A stretch of DNA of 35,438 nt from Vulcanimicrobiota bacterium. GTDB taxonomy: Bacteria > Vulcanimicrobiota > Vulcanimicrobiia > Vulcanimicrobiales > Vulcanimicrobiaceae. Location of the stretch: contig CAWAXX010000022.1 of NCBI GenBank assembly GCA_963786105.1, positions 1 through 35,438 of the forward strand. The letters run 5' to 3'. This document shows, one piece after another, positions 1 to 9,368 of this stretch. The notes below the pieces were generated by a model, which did not search any database, had not been told where the DNA came from, and saw only the letters and a program-made list of their open reading frames with translations. Position numbers and translations under genes: made by a program. The stretch's first letter is position 1. Each line of letters starts with the position of its first letter.

Positions 1-2
1 AC

Positions 3-428
3 TTACAGTAAGAACTTCCGTAGCACCGCCACGTCGAGTTTGAAGGTGTGTTGCGGCAGCACCGCTTCTTCGCGATAGTCGCACGCTTCGAAGAAGCGTT
101 GCGCCGCGCTGTCGTGCGGAACGAACGCGCTCATTTTATGACAGTTGTAGTAGCTGGCGACGTCGGCGGCCGCGGTCAGGAGGCGCCGCCCGATTCCGGC
201 GCGCCGGTTCGCCGACGCCACGACGATGCGCTCGACCTGCGCGACCGAGGCCGCGATGCGAATGCTCGCGGCACCGGTGGTGACGCCGTCGTCGATCGCC
301 GCGAAATCGTGCACCTGCTCGTGCCACACCACTGAAAAATCGTACAGCGCGCGCAGTCCCTCGCGCTCGTGTACGCGATAAAACGGCGCGACGTCTTCCG
401 GTTGGACCTGCGCGATTTCAATTGCCAA
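3..428 (-). CDS. GNAT family N-acetyltransferase
   Basis: 141 aa with acetyl-CoA-binding motif A (VASANRRAGIGRRLL) and AQRFFEACDY; TTG start overlaps the end of the upstream gene. Confidence 0.85.
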   Translation of the reverse strand: MAIEIAQVQPEDVAPFYRVHEREGLRALYDFSVVWHEQVHDFAAIDDGVTTGAASIRIAASVAQVERIVVASANRRAGIGRRLLTAAADVASYYNCHKMSAFVPHDSAAQRFFEACDYREEAVLPQHTFKLDVAVLRKFLL

Positions 429-1221
429 CCGCCGCCACCTCGGTGTCGAGATCGAGCGTGAATCCGTCGTATGCGGCGATCGCCCGCAGGCCTAGCTCGT
501 CTTCCAGCTCCTGCGCGAGCCGTTGCGGATCGGCTTCGAGCATCTTCGTTCCGAAATGCTGGAAGACCGCGACCTGCGGCCGGATGTCGGCGACCAGCCG
601 GCGCGCGTCTTCCCAGGTGAGGTGATCGACGGTCATTTCGTCGCGAAAGCGCAGCACGTTGACGATCAGGACGTTGGGACGCAAGCGCGCGTAGTCGGGA
701 GCCAACCCGTCGAAGAACCGGCCGCACGGCATGTACGCCACCCGCAGTCCCTCGTACGCAAACAACAAACCGTACGTTTTCACGGCATGCACGTGCGCGA
801 CCGACGTGTACAGGTCGACCGCGCCGATGCGATACGGACCGGCGCTCGGCTCGAGACGCTCGATTCGCTCGACGAAACGCCGGACGTAGGGCAGAACGAC
901 GGGCTCGTCGTCGAAGGCGTCCGCCGGTGCGAGCAGCGTTCCGCGCCGCCGGAAACCGCCCGAGGTCATCGCTTCGACCATCGCGTTGACGTCGCTCGCG
1001 TGATCCAAATGTTTGTGCGAGAGGACGATCGCGTCGAGCTCGCGCGGATTGCACGGCGGCACGTTCGTGAGGGCGCGCACGAGCGCGCCGGGACCGGGAT
1101 CGACGTGGATCTGCGTTTGCCCGAGGCGCAGCCACATGCCGCCCGACGCGCGCAACTGCCGCGCGACGACGAAGCGCGCGCCGCCGCTGCCGAGGAAGAG
1201 TACCGAGGAAGGTGAGCTCAG
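418..1221 (-). CDS. MBL-fold metallo-hydrolase
   Basis: HxHxDH motif (SHKHLDH), VDPG, later His ligands. The frame stays open upstream of the tracked start through VLFLGSGGARF to a CTG at 1221 overlapping the PadR stop; start is inferred. Confidence 0.85.
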   Translation of the reverse strand: MSSPSSVLFLGSGGARFVVARQLRASGGMWLRLGQTQIHVDPGPGALVRALTNVPPCNPRELDAIVLSHKHLDHASDVNAMVEAMTSGGFRRRGTLLAPADAFDDEPVVLPYVRRFVERIERLEPSAGPYRIGAVDLYTSVAHVHAVKTYGLLFAYEGLRVAYMPCGRFFDGLAPDYARLRPNVLIVNVLRFRDEMTVDHLTWEDARRLVADIRPQVAVFQHFGTKMLEADPQRLAQELEDELGLRAIAAYDGFTLDLDTEVAAVGN

Positions 1222-1634
1222 GCGCCTTTGCGTCCGGTCGTCGTGCGTTCGTTACGGCGCTCGTACAGCGCGAAAAACGTTTCTAAATTCGAGCGATATT
1301 GATCGAGTGCTTCGCTCCACCGGTGCAGCGCGGCGGTGCCGTTCGCAGTCAGCGCGTACAGCCGCCGCGGCGGCCCTTGTTCGGTCGGATTCCACCACGA
1401 CGAAATGCAGCCGTCACGCTCGAGTTGGCGCAACGCCCGGTAGACCGTGCCGGCGTCGGTGATGACTTCGAACTTTTCGTTGAGTTCCCGCGTGATCTCG
1501 TAGCCGTGAAGGCTCTTCTCGGCGAGCATCACGAGCAACCACGCCATCAAGTAGTTCTTGGGCGTGCCTTTCGGCGGAAGACCGCCTTCGCGGGGGCCGC
1601 CGAACGGAACCACGCGCGGAGTCGCGTTGGCCAT
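1218..1634 (-). CDS. PadR family transcriptional regulator, PhaQ-like
   Basis: HGYEI, GTVYRALRQLE, GPPRRLYALT wHTH motifs; GTPKNYL and LDQYRSNLETFF resemble Bacillus PhaQ as I recall it. Confidence 0.85.
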   Translation of the reverse strand: MANATPRVVPFGGPREGGLPPKGTPKNYLMAWLLVMLAEKSLHGYEITRELNEKFEVITDAGTVYRALRQLERDGCISSWWNPTEQGPPRRLYALTANGTAALHRWSEALDQYRSNLETFFALYERRNERTTTGRKGA

Positions 1635-1675
1635 GTGCGGTAGGTTTGTACCGCCACGAACAGAGACCTGTGGGT

Positions 1676-2896
1676 TTAGCTGAGTACGGGGATCTTGGAG
1701 AACGATCCGCCGAGGACGGTCGTCGAAGGCCGGCCTAGCCAGCGCTCGAGCACGGTGGCGTAGACGCTGCGGAAGTCGGTGCTGTAGGCCAGGTTGCCCA
1801 TGTTCGTGCCGGCGAGATCGGGCATCTTCCCGTACACGCCGCCCTTGACGCCGCCGCCGATCAAAAACAGCGGCGAGGCTTCTCCGTGGTCGGTACCGCG
1901 GGCGCCGTTTTCTTCGATGCGCCGCCCGAACTCGCTGAAGGTCAAGGTAAGCACGCGCCGGTCGTTGCCGTGCGCGGCGAGGTCGGTGTAGAAGGCCGAG
2001 ATCGCATCGGAAAACTGTCCGAGCAGATTGTTCTGCGTGGCCATCTGACTGACGTGCGTGTCGAACGACCCGTGTGAGACGTACAGCACTTTCGTTCCGA
2101 GATTGCTGCCGACGATCTGCGCGACGAGCGCCAGACTTCGGCCGATCGGCGTCGCCGGATAGGCGGCTTGCGTTTTGTATCCCGAGATCAGGCGCGGCAG
2201 CTCTTCGGACGTGCGCTGCGCGTGATCTTCGATTTCCATCACGTGCGCCAGGTACGGTGAGTTGAAGGGCAGCCGGCGATCGCGCGATTCCTGCGAGTAC
2301 GCCTCGCGCGAGAACGCTTCGCGATTGGCCATCAGCCCGTAGTTGCCGAGGTTGGAAATCGTCGGAACGTCGGTGCGATTGGAAACCAGCGCCTCAGGAA
2401 GCACTTGCGAGACCGCGACGCCTTTGAACAGGTTGTTGTCGGGAAGGCCGGCCTCGTCGAGATAGCGGCCGACCCATCCGGTATGCTCGTAGCGGTCCGG
2501 CACGCCGGTCTGCCAAATCTCGCTGGAGCGGAAGTGCGAATGGTCGGCATTCGGGTATCCGACGCCTTGAACGATCGCCACCATGCCTTTGTCGTACATG
2601 GCTTTGAGGGACTGCATCTTTGGATTGAAACCGAGGGTCGAATCGATCGCGAGCACGTCGCTTGCCGGAATCGCGAGCGACGGGCGCATCTGATAGTATT
2701 GCGGATTGCCGTGCGGCACGATGCAGTTCAGACCGTCGTTTCCACCGTTTAAGTTAACGAGAACGAGACAGCGGTTCTGCGCCCCGGGCAATCCGGGTAA
2801 CGGCGACTGCGCCAGCGCCTGCGCGAAGACGTGATCGCTGCTGGCGACCACTGCCAGTCCGGAAACCGTTCCGAGGACAAAGTTCAACCGTTTCAT
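1676..2896 (-). CDS. DUF1501 domain protein, probably exported
   Basis: LNGGNDGLN, HSHFRS, FDTH, FSEFGRR, GTDHG, DFRSVYATVL motifs; ATG at 2896 (MKRLNF, Tat-like); follows DUF1800 gene. Confidence 0.9.
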   Translation of the reverse strand: MKRLNFVLGTVSGLAVVASSDHVFAQALAQSPLPGLPGAQNRCLVLVNLNGGNDGLNCIVPHGNPQYYQMRPSLAIPASDVLAIDSTLGFNPKMQSLKAMYDKGMVAIVQGVGYPNADHSHFRSSEIWQTGVPDRYEHTGWVGRYLDEAGLPDNNLFKGVAVSQVLPEALVSNRTDVPTISNLGNYGLMANREAFSREAYSQESRDRRLPFNSPYLAHVMEIEDHAQRTSEELPRLISGYKTQAAYPATPIGRSLALVAQIVGSNLGTKVLYVSHGSFDTHVSQMATQNNLLGQFSDAISAFYTDLAAHGNDRRVLTLTFSEFGRRIEENGARGTDHGEASPLFLIGGGVKGGVYGKMPDLAGTNMGNLAYSTDFRSVYATVLERWLGRPSTTVLGGSFSKIPVLS

Positions 2897-2907
2897 CGTG
2901 TGCCTTA

Positions 2908-4392
2908 CTAACTCAACTGGTAGGCCGGCATGGCCATCGTCAGATAGGTGGCGCCGCTTACGCGCTCGTCGTAATTCTCCGGCGACAGCGCCGCCAGCGC
3001 CGACGTTCCGCGACCGCCCAGATAGCCGTCGAGCTTGAACACCGAGGCCGGCGCCGCATCGCCCTGCAAAATCGAGCCGACCAGCGTGCTGGCGACGCTC
3101 CGCGGCTGCATCGGCATGCCGCGCAGCCACGACGACTGGGCGATCGTTTGCGAGTTGACCGTGCGCTTCAAGAAATTTTGGCGAGCGATCATGGTGTCGC
3201 TGGTGAGCCAGTTCTCGCCTCCCGGCCAACCCGCGACGTTCGGCGGATAGAACAACTCTTGACCCATCTGGCGCAAGACCGGCAACACGCCGGCATCCAT
3301 TTTCGTCAGCCCCAGCGTTTTATAGGTCCCTACCACGAACTCGACCGGCGATTTCACCAGCGCGCGATACGCCCGGTCGGAATAGAACACGTTGCTGCGC
3401 AGGAGCGTCCCCATCACCGGCATCAAATCGAATTTGTACTTTTGCAGCAAACGTGCGACGCCGTCGACCAGCGTTGGCTCGGGATCGTCGTAGACGAACG
3501 CGCTCAGCAAGCTGGTCGCAAAGAAGCGCGCGCACTGCGGCTGCTCGAAAATGATGTCGACGATGTCGTCGCCGGTAAAGTTCCCCGTTCGGCCGAGGAA
3601 CGTTTTAACGCCGTCATCGTGGAACCGCGCTTCGAAGGTCGCCTGCTCCGTGAACCGGCTGTAGCGCCAACCGGTCCAGGCGCGCGCCGAGTTGCGGATG
3701 TCCTCTTCGGAATACTGGTTGACGCCGAGCGTGAACAGTTCCATCAGCTCGCGGGCGTAGTTTTCGTTGGGATGCGACTTGAAGTTGGCGTCGTTGTCGA
3801 GATAGACCAGCATCGCCGGATCCTTGGAAACGTTACGCGTGAGCTCGCGCAGATTCCCCAGCGCGCTGGTGCGGAACAGTTGATTCTGATTGTAAATCAT
3901 TGCCGGCGACACGCCTTTTTGAAGCGCCGTCGACGTGAAGTGTCCGTGGAAATAGAGCGCCATCTTCTCCTGCAACGGCGCGGGCGTGGTCAACATCCGG
4001 TTGAGCCACCACAGCTGCACGGTGCGTATCGACTGGAACTCGCTCGCGCGAATCTGACGGTTGAGATCTTTGCGCTGGTCCGGGGTCATCGCTCGCAGTC
4101 CCATCGGGCCGTATTGCGAGAGCAGCGAGACCGGGCTGTACGGGTTGTCGGGACCAGGCAGCCCCGCCGTCGACGGAAAATGCACGAGCGAATCAACGGC
4201 GCTGCGAACCGGCATCGCGGCGTAGCGGCGAATCTGGTCTGGTGTGCCGTCAAAGCCGGCGCGGCGCAAGAGGTGTGCGGCCAAGCGTTCGTTTAGCGGT
4301 CCGGGAAACGCGTCGAGCGCCGCTGCGGCGTCGAGGTGCCCTTGCGGACGGCGAATTCCGCCGACATCGACGGTCGTCTGGGCTGTTGCCAT
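2908..4392 (-). CDS. DUF1800 domain protein
   Basis: [44 protein letters not shown] motifs; ATG at 4392. Confidence 0.9.
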   Translation of the reverse strand: MATAQTTVDVGGIRRPQGHLDAAAALDAFPGPLNERLAAHLLRRAGFDGTPDQIRRYAAMPVRSAVDSLVHFPSTAGLPGPDNPYSPVSLLSQYGPMGLRAMTPDQRKDLNRQIRASEFQSIRTVQLWWLNRMLTTPAPLQEKMALYFHGHFTSTALQKGVSPAMIYNQNQLFRTSALGNLRELTRNVSKDPAMLVYLDNDANFKSHPNENYARELMELFTLGVNQYSEEDIRNSARAWTGWRYSRFTEQATFEARFHDDGVKTFLGRTGNFTGDDIVDIIFEQPQCARFFATSLLSAFVYDDPEPTLVDGVARLLQKYKFDLMPVMGTLLRSNVFYSDRAYRALVKSPVEFVVGTYKTLGLTKMDAGVLPVLRQMGQELFYPPNVAGWPGGENWLTSDTMIARQNFLKRTVNSQTIAQSSWLRGMPMQPRSVASTLVGSILQGDAAPASVFKLDGYLGGRGTSALAALSPENYDERVSGATYLTMAMPAYQLS

Positions 4393-4522
4393 CGCCAGTA
4401 GTATACATCGCGTGACGCGCGGCGGTGCCGCACGCGGCCGACATCTAACCCGCGTTTCATGCCCTGAGAGCTTGCCTGGCGGGCGCCGGAACAAGGCAGC
4501 CAAGCGCCGAATGGCGCGGCCG

Positions 4523-6103
4523 ATGGCTTTGCTGGAATCGCGCCTCGAACGATCCGAGAGTTTCGCTCGTAATGCCGAACGCATGGAAGGCATGGTCGCC
4601 GAGCTGCGCCGGCGACTGGTTGCCGTTCGCGAAGGCGGCGGCCCCGATGCAATTGCGAAGCACCGTAAGCGCAATAAGCTGACCGCGCGCGAACGCATCG
4701 AGCGCTCGATTGATGCCGGTTCGGATTTTCTCGAGTTTTCGGCGCTGGCGGCCAACGGCATGTACGACGACGCCTCACCCTCAGCCGGAATGATTACCGG
4801 GATCGGGATCGTGCAGGGCCAGCACTGCGTCATCGTCGCCAACGACGCGACCGTCAAGGGCGGCACGTACTATCCGATGACCGTCAAGAAACATCTGCGC
4901 GCGCAGGAGATCGCCGAGCAGAATCATCTGCCGTGCATTTATCTGGTCGATTCCGGCGGCGCGTTCTTACCGTTGCAAGCCGACGTCTTCCCCGACCGCG
5001 AGCACTTCGGCCGCATTTTCTACAATCAGGCGCGTATGTCAGGCAAGCGCATTCCGCAAATCGCGGCAGTGATGGGCTCGTGCACGGCCGGCGGCGCGTA
5101 CGTTCCGGCCATGAGCGACGAAACCGTGATCGTAAAGGGCAACGGAACGATTTTTCTGGGCGGACCGCCGTTGGTGAAAGCGGCGACCGGTGAAGAGGTG
5201 ACGGCCGAGGACCTTGGCGGCGGCGACGTGCACACGCGCATTTCGGGCGTCGCCGATCATCTCGCCAACGACGACGCGCACGCGCTGGCGATCGTTCGCG
5301 AGATCGTCGCAAACCTCCATCTCGAACTCCCGCGCCAGTGGGATCGCGCAGAGCCCCAAGCGCCGAAGTACGACATGCGCGATATTTACGGGATCATTCC
5401 GTCGGACAGCCGCGTCGGCTACGACGTGCGCGAGGTGATCGCGCGGCTGGTGGATGCGTCGGATTTCCACGAGTTCAAGCCGCGCTACGGGGCCACGTTG
5501 GTCTGCGGATTCGCGCGCATCGAAGGACACCCCATCGGTATCCTCGCCAACAACGGCATTCTCTTCAGCGAAAGTGCACTCAAAGGCGCCCACTTCATCG
5601 AGCTGTGCGCGCAACGCGGCACGCCGCTGCTCTTCTTGCAGAACATCACCGGATTCATGGTCGGCAAAGAGTACGAAAATCGCGGCATCGCCAAAGACGG
5701 CGCGAAGCTGGTCATGGCGGTCGCCTGCGCCGAGGTGCCTAAGTTCACGGTCATCATCGGCGGAAGTTTCGGCGCGGGGAACTACGGCATGTGCGGACGC
5801 GCGTACTCGCCGCGTCAGCTGTGGATGTGGCCCAACGCGCGCATCAGCGTGATGGGCGGCCCGCAGGCGGCGAGCGTGCTTTCAACCGTCAAAGGCGATC
5901 TAACGCCCGAACAAAAAGCCGAGTTCGAGGCGCCCATCCTCGAGAAGTACGAACGCGAAGGCAATCCGTATTACTCGACCGCGCGGCTTTGGGACGACGG
6001 CATCATCGATCCGCTCGACACCCGCCGCGTCATCGCGATCGGCCTCGACGCCGCCGCGCACGCTCCCCAGCCGCGCACCCACTTCGGCATCTTCCGCATG
6101 TAG
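4523..6103 (+). CDS. liuB: 3-methylcrotonyl-CoA carboxylase beta (carboxyltransferase) subunit
   Basis: [46 protein letters not shown]-terminal FGIFRM; ATG 4523 (alternative 4511). Confidence 0.93.
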   Translation: MALLESRLERSESFARNAERMEGMVAELRRRLVAVREGGGPDAIAKHRKRNKLTARERIERSIDAGSDFLEFSALAANGMYDDASPSAGMITGIGIVQGQHCVIVANDATVKGGTYYPMTVKKHLRAQEIAEQNHLPCIYLVDSGGAFLPLQADVFPDREHFGRIFYNQARMSGKRIPQIAAVMGSCTAGGAYVPAMSDETVIVKGNGTIFLGGPPLVKAATGEEVTAEDLGGGDVHTRISGVADHLANDDAHALAIVREIVANLHLELPRQWDRAEPQAPKYDMRDIYGIIPSDSRVGYDVREVIARLVDASDFHEFKPRYGATLVCGFARIEGHPIGILANNGILFSESALKGAHFIELCAQRGTPLLFLQNITGFMVGKEYENRGIAKDGAKLVMAVACAEVPKFTVIIGGSFGAGNYGMCGRAYSPRQLWMWPNARISVMGGPQAASVLSTVKGDLTPEQKAEFEAPILEKYEREGNPYYSTARLWDDGIIDPLDTRRVIAIGLDAAAHAPQPRTHFGIFRM

Positions 6104-6105
6104 CT

Positions 6106-6146
6106 TGTCATCCTGAGCGGAGCGCCGTAGGCGCGCAGTCGAAGGA
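6106..6146 (+). repeat. REP-like palindromic element, copy 1
   Basis: TGTCATCCTGAGCGGA-GCGCC-GTA-GGCGC-GCAGTCGAAGGA, starting just after the liuB stop. Confidence 0.9.
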
Positions 6147-6156
6147 TCGGCCGCAA

Positions 6157-6876
6157 CTACTGCGGCGGAAACTTCCCGACGAGAACCTCGAAGTATTTCG
6201 GCGTTTCGGTCCACCTGCCGTTGCGGTAGCTCAGCACCGCGGCGGCTTTTGCTTTCGTCGGGCAGCACATCGGCGCGGTCGCATTGTAGTACGGACCGCT
6301 GAGCACGATCGAATCTCGAACGGTGCTGCTGTGGCTGTGCGTTATGGTTGCCTTGAGTTCGCAGCCGTTTCGCACGGAGACCGCCGGAACGACGACGTCC
6401 TTTGCGTTCACCGCTAGCACGCTGACGGTCGCACCACCGCAGTCGGCACCCGCCTCGTGCGACTGCACGACCACCTGCTGCACGGCGGCCTGCATGAACT
6501 CGCCGATGCCGGCAATCTGCAGCGTTTGCAGCGGAAACCACATCTTGGCACCGCCCGAAACCTGCGTCACTTTCATCAGCGGGCCACCGTTCGCCGGCGA
6601 TTGATACTTCAGGTGGTACGTCGTCCCGTCGATCGCGTAAATGGAGAGATACCACTGATTGAAGTTCGTGCCGCTGCTCGTCCCGACGAGATTCTTGCTC
6701 GCGACGGCGCGCCATTGACTGTGCATCGCCTCGCCCGCGAGGTAGACGACTTGACTTTGCGTGATAGTTCCCGGCGGAGGCGGCGCGAACGTCGGATGCG
6801 GCGGCTCTTCGGCACCAGCCGGAACCAGCATCAACGCAAACGCCGTTGCGACAAAGAGTAATCGAACGAACCTCAT
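6157..6876 (-). CDS. secreted hypothetical protein
   Basis: Sec signal peptide (MRFVRLLFVATAFALMLVPAGA), Pro-rich N-terminus, four Cys including PMCCPT. Confidence 0.75.
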   Translation of the reverse strand: MRFVRLLFVATAFALMLVPAGAEEPPHPTFAPPPPGTITQSQVVYLAGEAMHSQWRAVASKNLVGTSSGTNFNQWYLSIYAIDGTTYHLKYQSPANGGPLMKVTQVSGGAKMWFPLQTLQIAGIGEFMQAAVQQVVVQSHEAGADCGGATVSVLAVNAKDVVVPAVSVRNGCELKATITHSHSSTVRDSIVLSGPYYNATAPMCCPTKAKAAAVLSYRNGRWTETPKYFEVLVGKFPPQ

Positions 6877-6897
6877 AGCAGTTCGTATGTTTCGTCG

Positions 6898-6964
6898 TCC
6901 TTCGACTGCGCGCCTACGGCGCTCCGCTCAGGATGACACCCGCGGCGCTCCGCTCAGGATGACA
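6898..6964 (-). repeat. REP-like element, copy 2 (6898-6938) plus partial copy (6944-6964)
   Basis: 6898-6938 is the exact reverse complement of 6106-6146; an adjacent 21-bp half copy GGCGCTCCGCTCAGGATGACA follows. Confidence 0.9.
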
Positions 6965-6972
6965 TGGGTTCG

Positions 6973-7713
6973 CTAGATGCCGGCGTACCACTCGTAGCCC
7001 TGATCCTCCCAATATCCGCCGTTGCCGGCGCGAATGTTGGCGAAGCTTCCGACGACTTCGATACGCTCGATCCACTTGGCACTCTTGTAGCCGAGTTGGG
7101 TAGGCACGCGCAGCCGAACCGGCGCGCCGTGGGCGGGATCGAGCGGTGCGTCGTTGAGGCGCATCGCCAGCAGGGCTTGCGGGTGTCGCGCCTGGTGCAG
7201 ATCGAGGCTTTCGTAGTACAGGTTGCCCATGCCGTCGTTGTCCATGCAGTGAAAGACGACGTAGCGGGCGTCGCTGCGCGGGCGCACGGCGTCGAGAACG
7301 TCGCTTACCCGCACGCCGCTCCATTGACCGATCGCACTCCATCCCTCGACGCAGTCGTGGCGCGTGATCTGCGTCTGTTGCGGCAGCGCCTTCAGCTCGC
7401 TCAACGGAAACGCGTGACGCCGTTCGACCGCGCCGTCGATTAGCAGACGATAGCCTTCGAAGTTGCCGGCCGTCAGTGTCACGTAGCGGCTATCGCTCGG
7501 TGGCGCAAAGCCGTTGACGCGAAAGTTCCGGTCGACGTCGCTCTCACGGTACTCGCGCGCGAGCCCGCGCGTGCCGATGAGCGCGTGGTTCAAACCCTCG
7601 ACCGACGCGAGCACGCTTTTCACCACTTTGTTGTTGTTGAGCGCGCTGCCGACCGGTCCACATCCGGCAAGAACCGCCGAAGCCGTCGAGGCGAGGAAAA
7701 TGCGGCGCTTCAC
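6973..7713 (-). CDS. molybdopterin-dependent oxidoreductase (sulfite oxidase/MsrP-like), Tat lipoprotein
   Basis: KRRIFL Tat motif plus LAGC lipobox; HDCVEGWS Mo-ligand Cys; HGAPVRL, LGYKSAKW, GYWEDQGY. Confidence 0.9.
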   Translation of the reverse strand: MKRRIFLASTASAVLAGCGPVGSALNNNKVVKSVLASVEGLNHALIGTRGLAREYRESDVDRNFRVNGFAPPSDSRYVTLTAGNFEGYRLLIDGAVERRHAFPLSELKALPQQTQITRHDCVEGWSAIGQWSGVRVSDVLDAVRPRSDARYVVFHCMDNDGMGNLYYESLDLHQARHPQALLAMRLNDAPLDPAHGAPVRLRVPTQLGYKSAKWIERIEVVGSFANIRAGNGGYWEDQGYEWYAGI

Positions 7714-8504
7714 GGTCCCACCCCGTCGTGCTCGCCCACGCGATACCAGCCGGTGATCATCGAGCGCATTTGATTGACGACACCCTGAGTAGCCACTTGA
7801 AACGTGTGAATCGCAAAAAATCCCAGCAGCGCGATCATCCCCACGAAGTGCCAGAGCCGAGCGAACTGACGACCGCCGAGTAACGCGGTTAGAGGATTGG
7901 CGATCGCATCGATACCCGGCGAGAGAGCCAAGCCGGTCAATACCACGAGCGGAGCGATGACGAAACCGATGCTCGTGTACGCCGCTTTCTGCAACGGATT
8001 GTAGGTGCCGTGCGGCGGTGGTTCCTTACGCAGCTTCAGGTAGTACGCTTGCATCGGCCACAACTTCGGGAGATCGCTTGGCCGCAGGATCATCTCGCGC
8101 AGGTTTCCCTTGATCGCGCTCGAGACAAGCCAGGCGAGCCAACACAGTGCGGCGGCCCACGCGAAGAAGAAATGCCAGCGCCGGCCTCCGGACAAGTCTT
8201 GATAGCCGGGAACGATCAGCCATCCCGGAAAAGCGTGAGGGCCGCGCGAGCCCATGCCGTCGTCGGTCCAACCCAGCCAGCCCGTCGTGACGAATCGGTG
8301 GCCGAAGATCGTTGTGGTGCCGACCCCTTCAGCCGGCGCGGCGATGGCCAGCACGCGCCGCGCCGGATCGCTCTTGTCGGAAGCGTCCAGGTTCGGCGAC
8401 GCGTTGAAAATCTGCAATCCGCTCGAAACTAGGACGGCGAATGCAATCACCCAGAGCCAATGGCTGACTCGCGTGAGAACGGCATAGCGATAGATCGACT
8501 TCAC
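7710..8504 (-). CDS. cytochrome b/b6 domain membrane protein, partner of the Mo oxidoreductase
   Basis: RVSHW, RRWHFF, YNPLQK, RLWHF, AIH heme-His pattern; GTGA overlap with the downstream gene. Confidence 0.88.
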   Translation of the reverse strand: MKSIYRYAVLTRVSHWLWVIAFAVLVSSGLQIFNASPNLDASDKSDPARRVLAIAAPAEGVGTTTIFGHRFVTTGWLGWTDDGMGSRGPHAFPGWLIVPGYQDLSGGRRWHFFFAWAAALCWLAWLVSSAIKGNLREMILRPSDLPKLWPMQAYYLKLRKEPPPHGTYNPLQKAAYTSIGFVIAPLVVLTGLALSPGIDAIANPLTALLGGRQFARLWHFVGMIALLGFFAIHTFQVATQGVVNQMRSMITGWYRVGEHDGVGP

Positions 8505-8585
8505 GGTGAGCGCCGCTTTCCTGACATCCTAGGCATAGTACGTTTCCCAGGCGCGATTGGATGGAATCGAGAATCGGCACCCCCT

Positions 8586-9368
8586 ATGCCTGAAAATACG
8601 GTCGCGTTTGCCTTCGCCGACGGCGTCGCACGCGTCACGCTCAACCGTCCCGACGTGCGCAACGCGTTCAATGCCAACGTCATCGCCGAGCTGCATGCTG
8701 CGTTCGCGCGCATCGCCGCCGCCGACGACGTTCGCGTCGTGGTGCTGGCCGGCGAGGGAAAGGTCTTTTGCGGCGGCGCCGACGTGAATTGGATGCGCGA
8801 ATCGCTCGACTTGAGCTTCGAAGCCAACGCCATCGATGCCGAACGCATGAGCGACATGTTCCGCGCCATCGATAACTGTCCCCGGCCGGTCGTCGCACGG
8901 ATTCAAGGCGCGGCGCTGGGAGGCGGCGCGGGGCTGGCAGCCGCCTGCGATATCGCGATCGCCGCCGCCGACGCGGCCTTCGGATTCACCGAAGTGAAAC
9001 TCGGCATTCTTCCGGCGGTCATTTCGCCGTTCGTCCTGGCAAAGATCGGCCCGTCGCACGCGCGCGCCCTGTTTCTCACCGGTGAACGCTTCGACGCCGC
9101 GCGCGCCATGCAAATCGGCTTGGTGCACGAAGTCGTGCCCGCGGATTCGCTCGACGCCGCCGTCGAGCGGTGCGTCGGCGAGATTCGCAGCGCTGGGCCG
9201 TACGCGGTCAGCGCGGCCAAGGTGCTGATCCGGCGCGTTCTCGATGCGACCTACGAACAATCGCGCGCGATCACGACGCGAGCGATTGCCGACCAGCGCA
9301 TCAGCCCGGAAGGCCAGGAAGGCTTGCGCGCTTTTCTGGAGCGGCGCAAGGCCAGCTTCCATCAATGA
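8586..9368 (+). CDS. liuC: enoyl-CoA hydratase family, likely methylglutaconyl-CoA hydratase
   Basis: LNRPDVRNAFN, FCGGAD, GGGAGL, FTEVKLGILPAVISPFV; context with MCC and HMG-CoA lyase; ATG 8586. Confidence 0.88.
   Translation: MPENTVAFAFADGVARVTLNRPDVRNAFNANVIAELHAAFARIAAADDVRVVVLAGEGKVFCGGADVNWMRESLDLSFEANAIDAERMSDMFRAIDNCPRPVVARIQGAALGGGAGLAAACDIAIAAADAAFGFTEVKLGILPAVISPFVLAKIGPSHARALFLTGERFDAARAMQIGLVHEVVPADSLDAAVERCVGEIRSAGPYAVSAAKVLIRRVLDATYEQSRAITTRAIADQRISPEGQEGLRAFLERRKASFHQ

Noticed and set aside
1190..1218. Duplicated CTTCCTCGG giving ELTFLGT in one frame and VLFLGS in another at the MBL gene start
   Set aside because: A 9-bp match; the continuous frame already provides a normal N-terminus, so no recoding needs to be invoked
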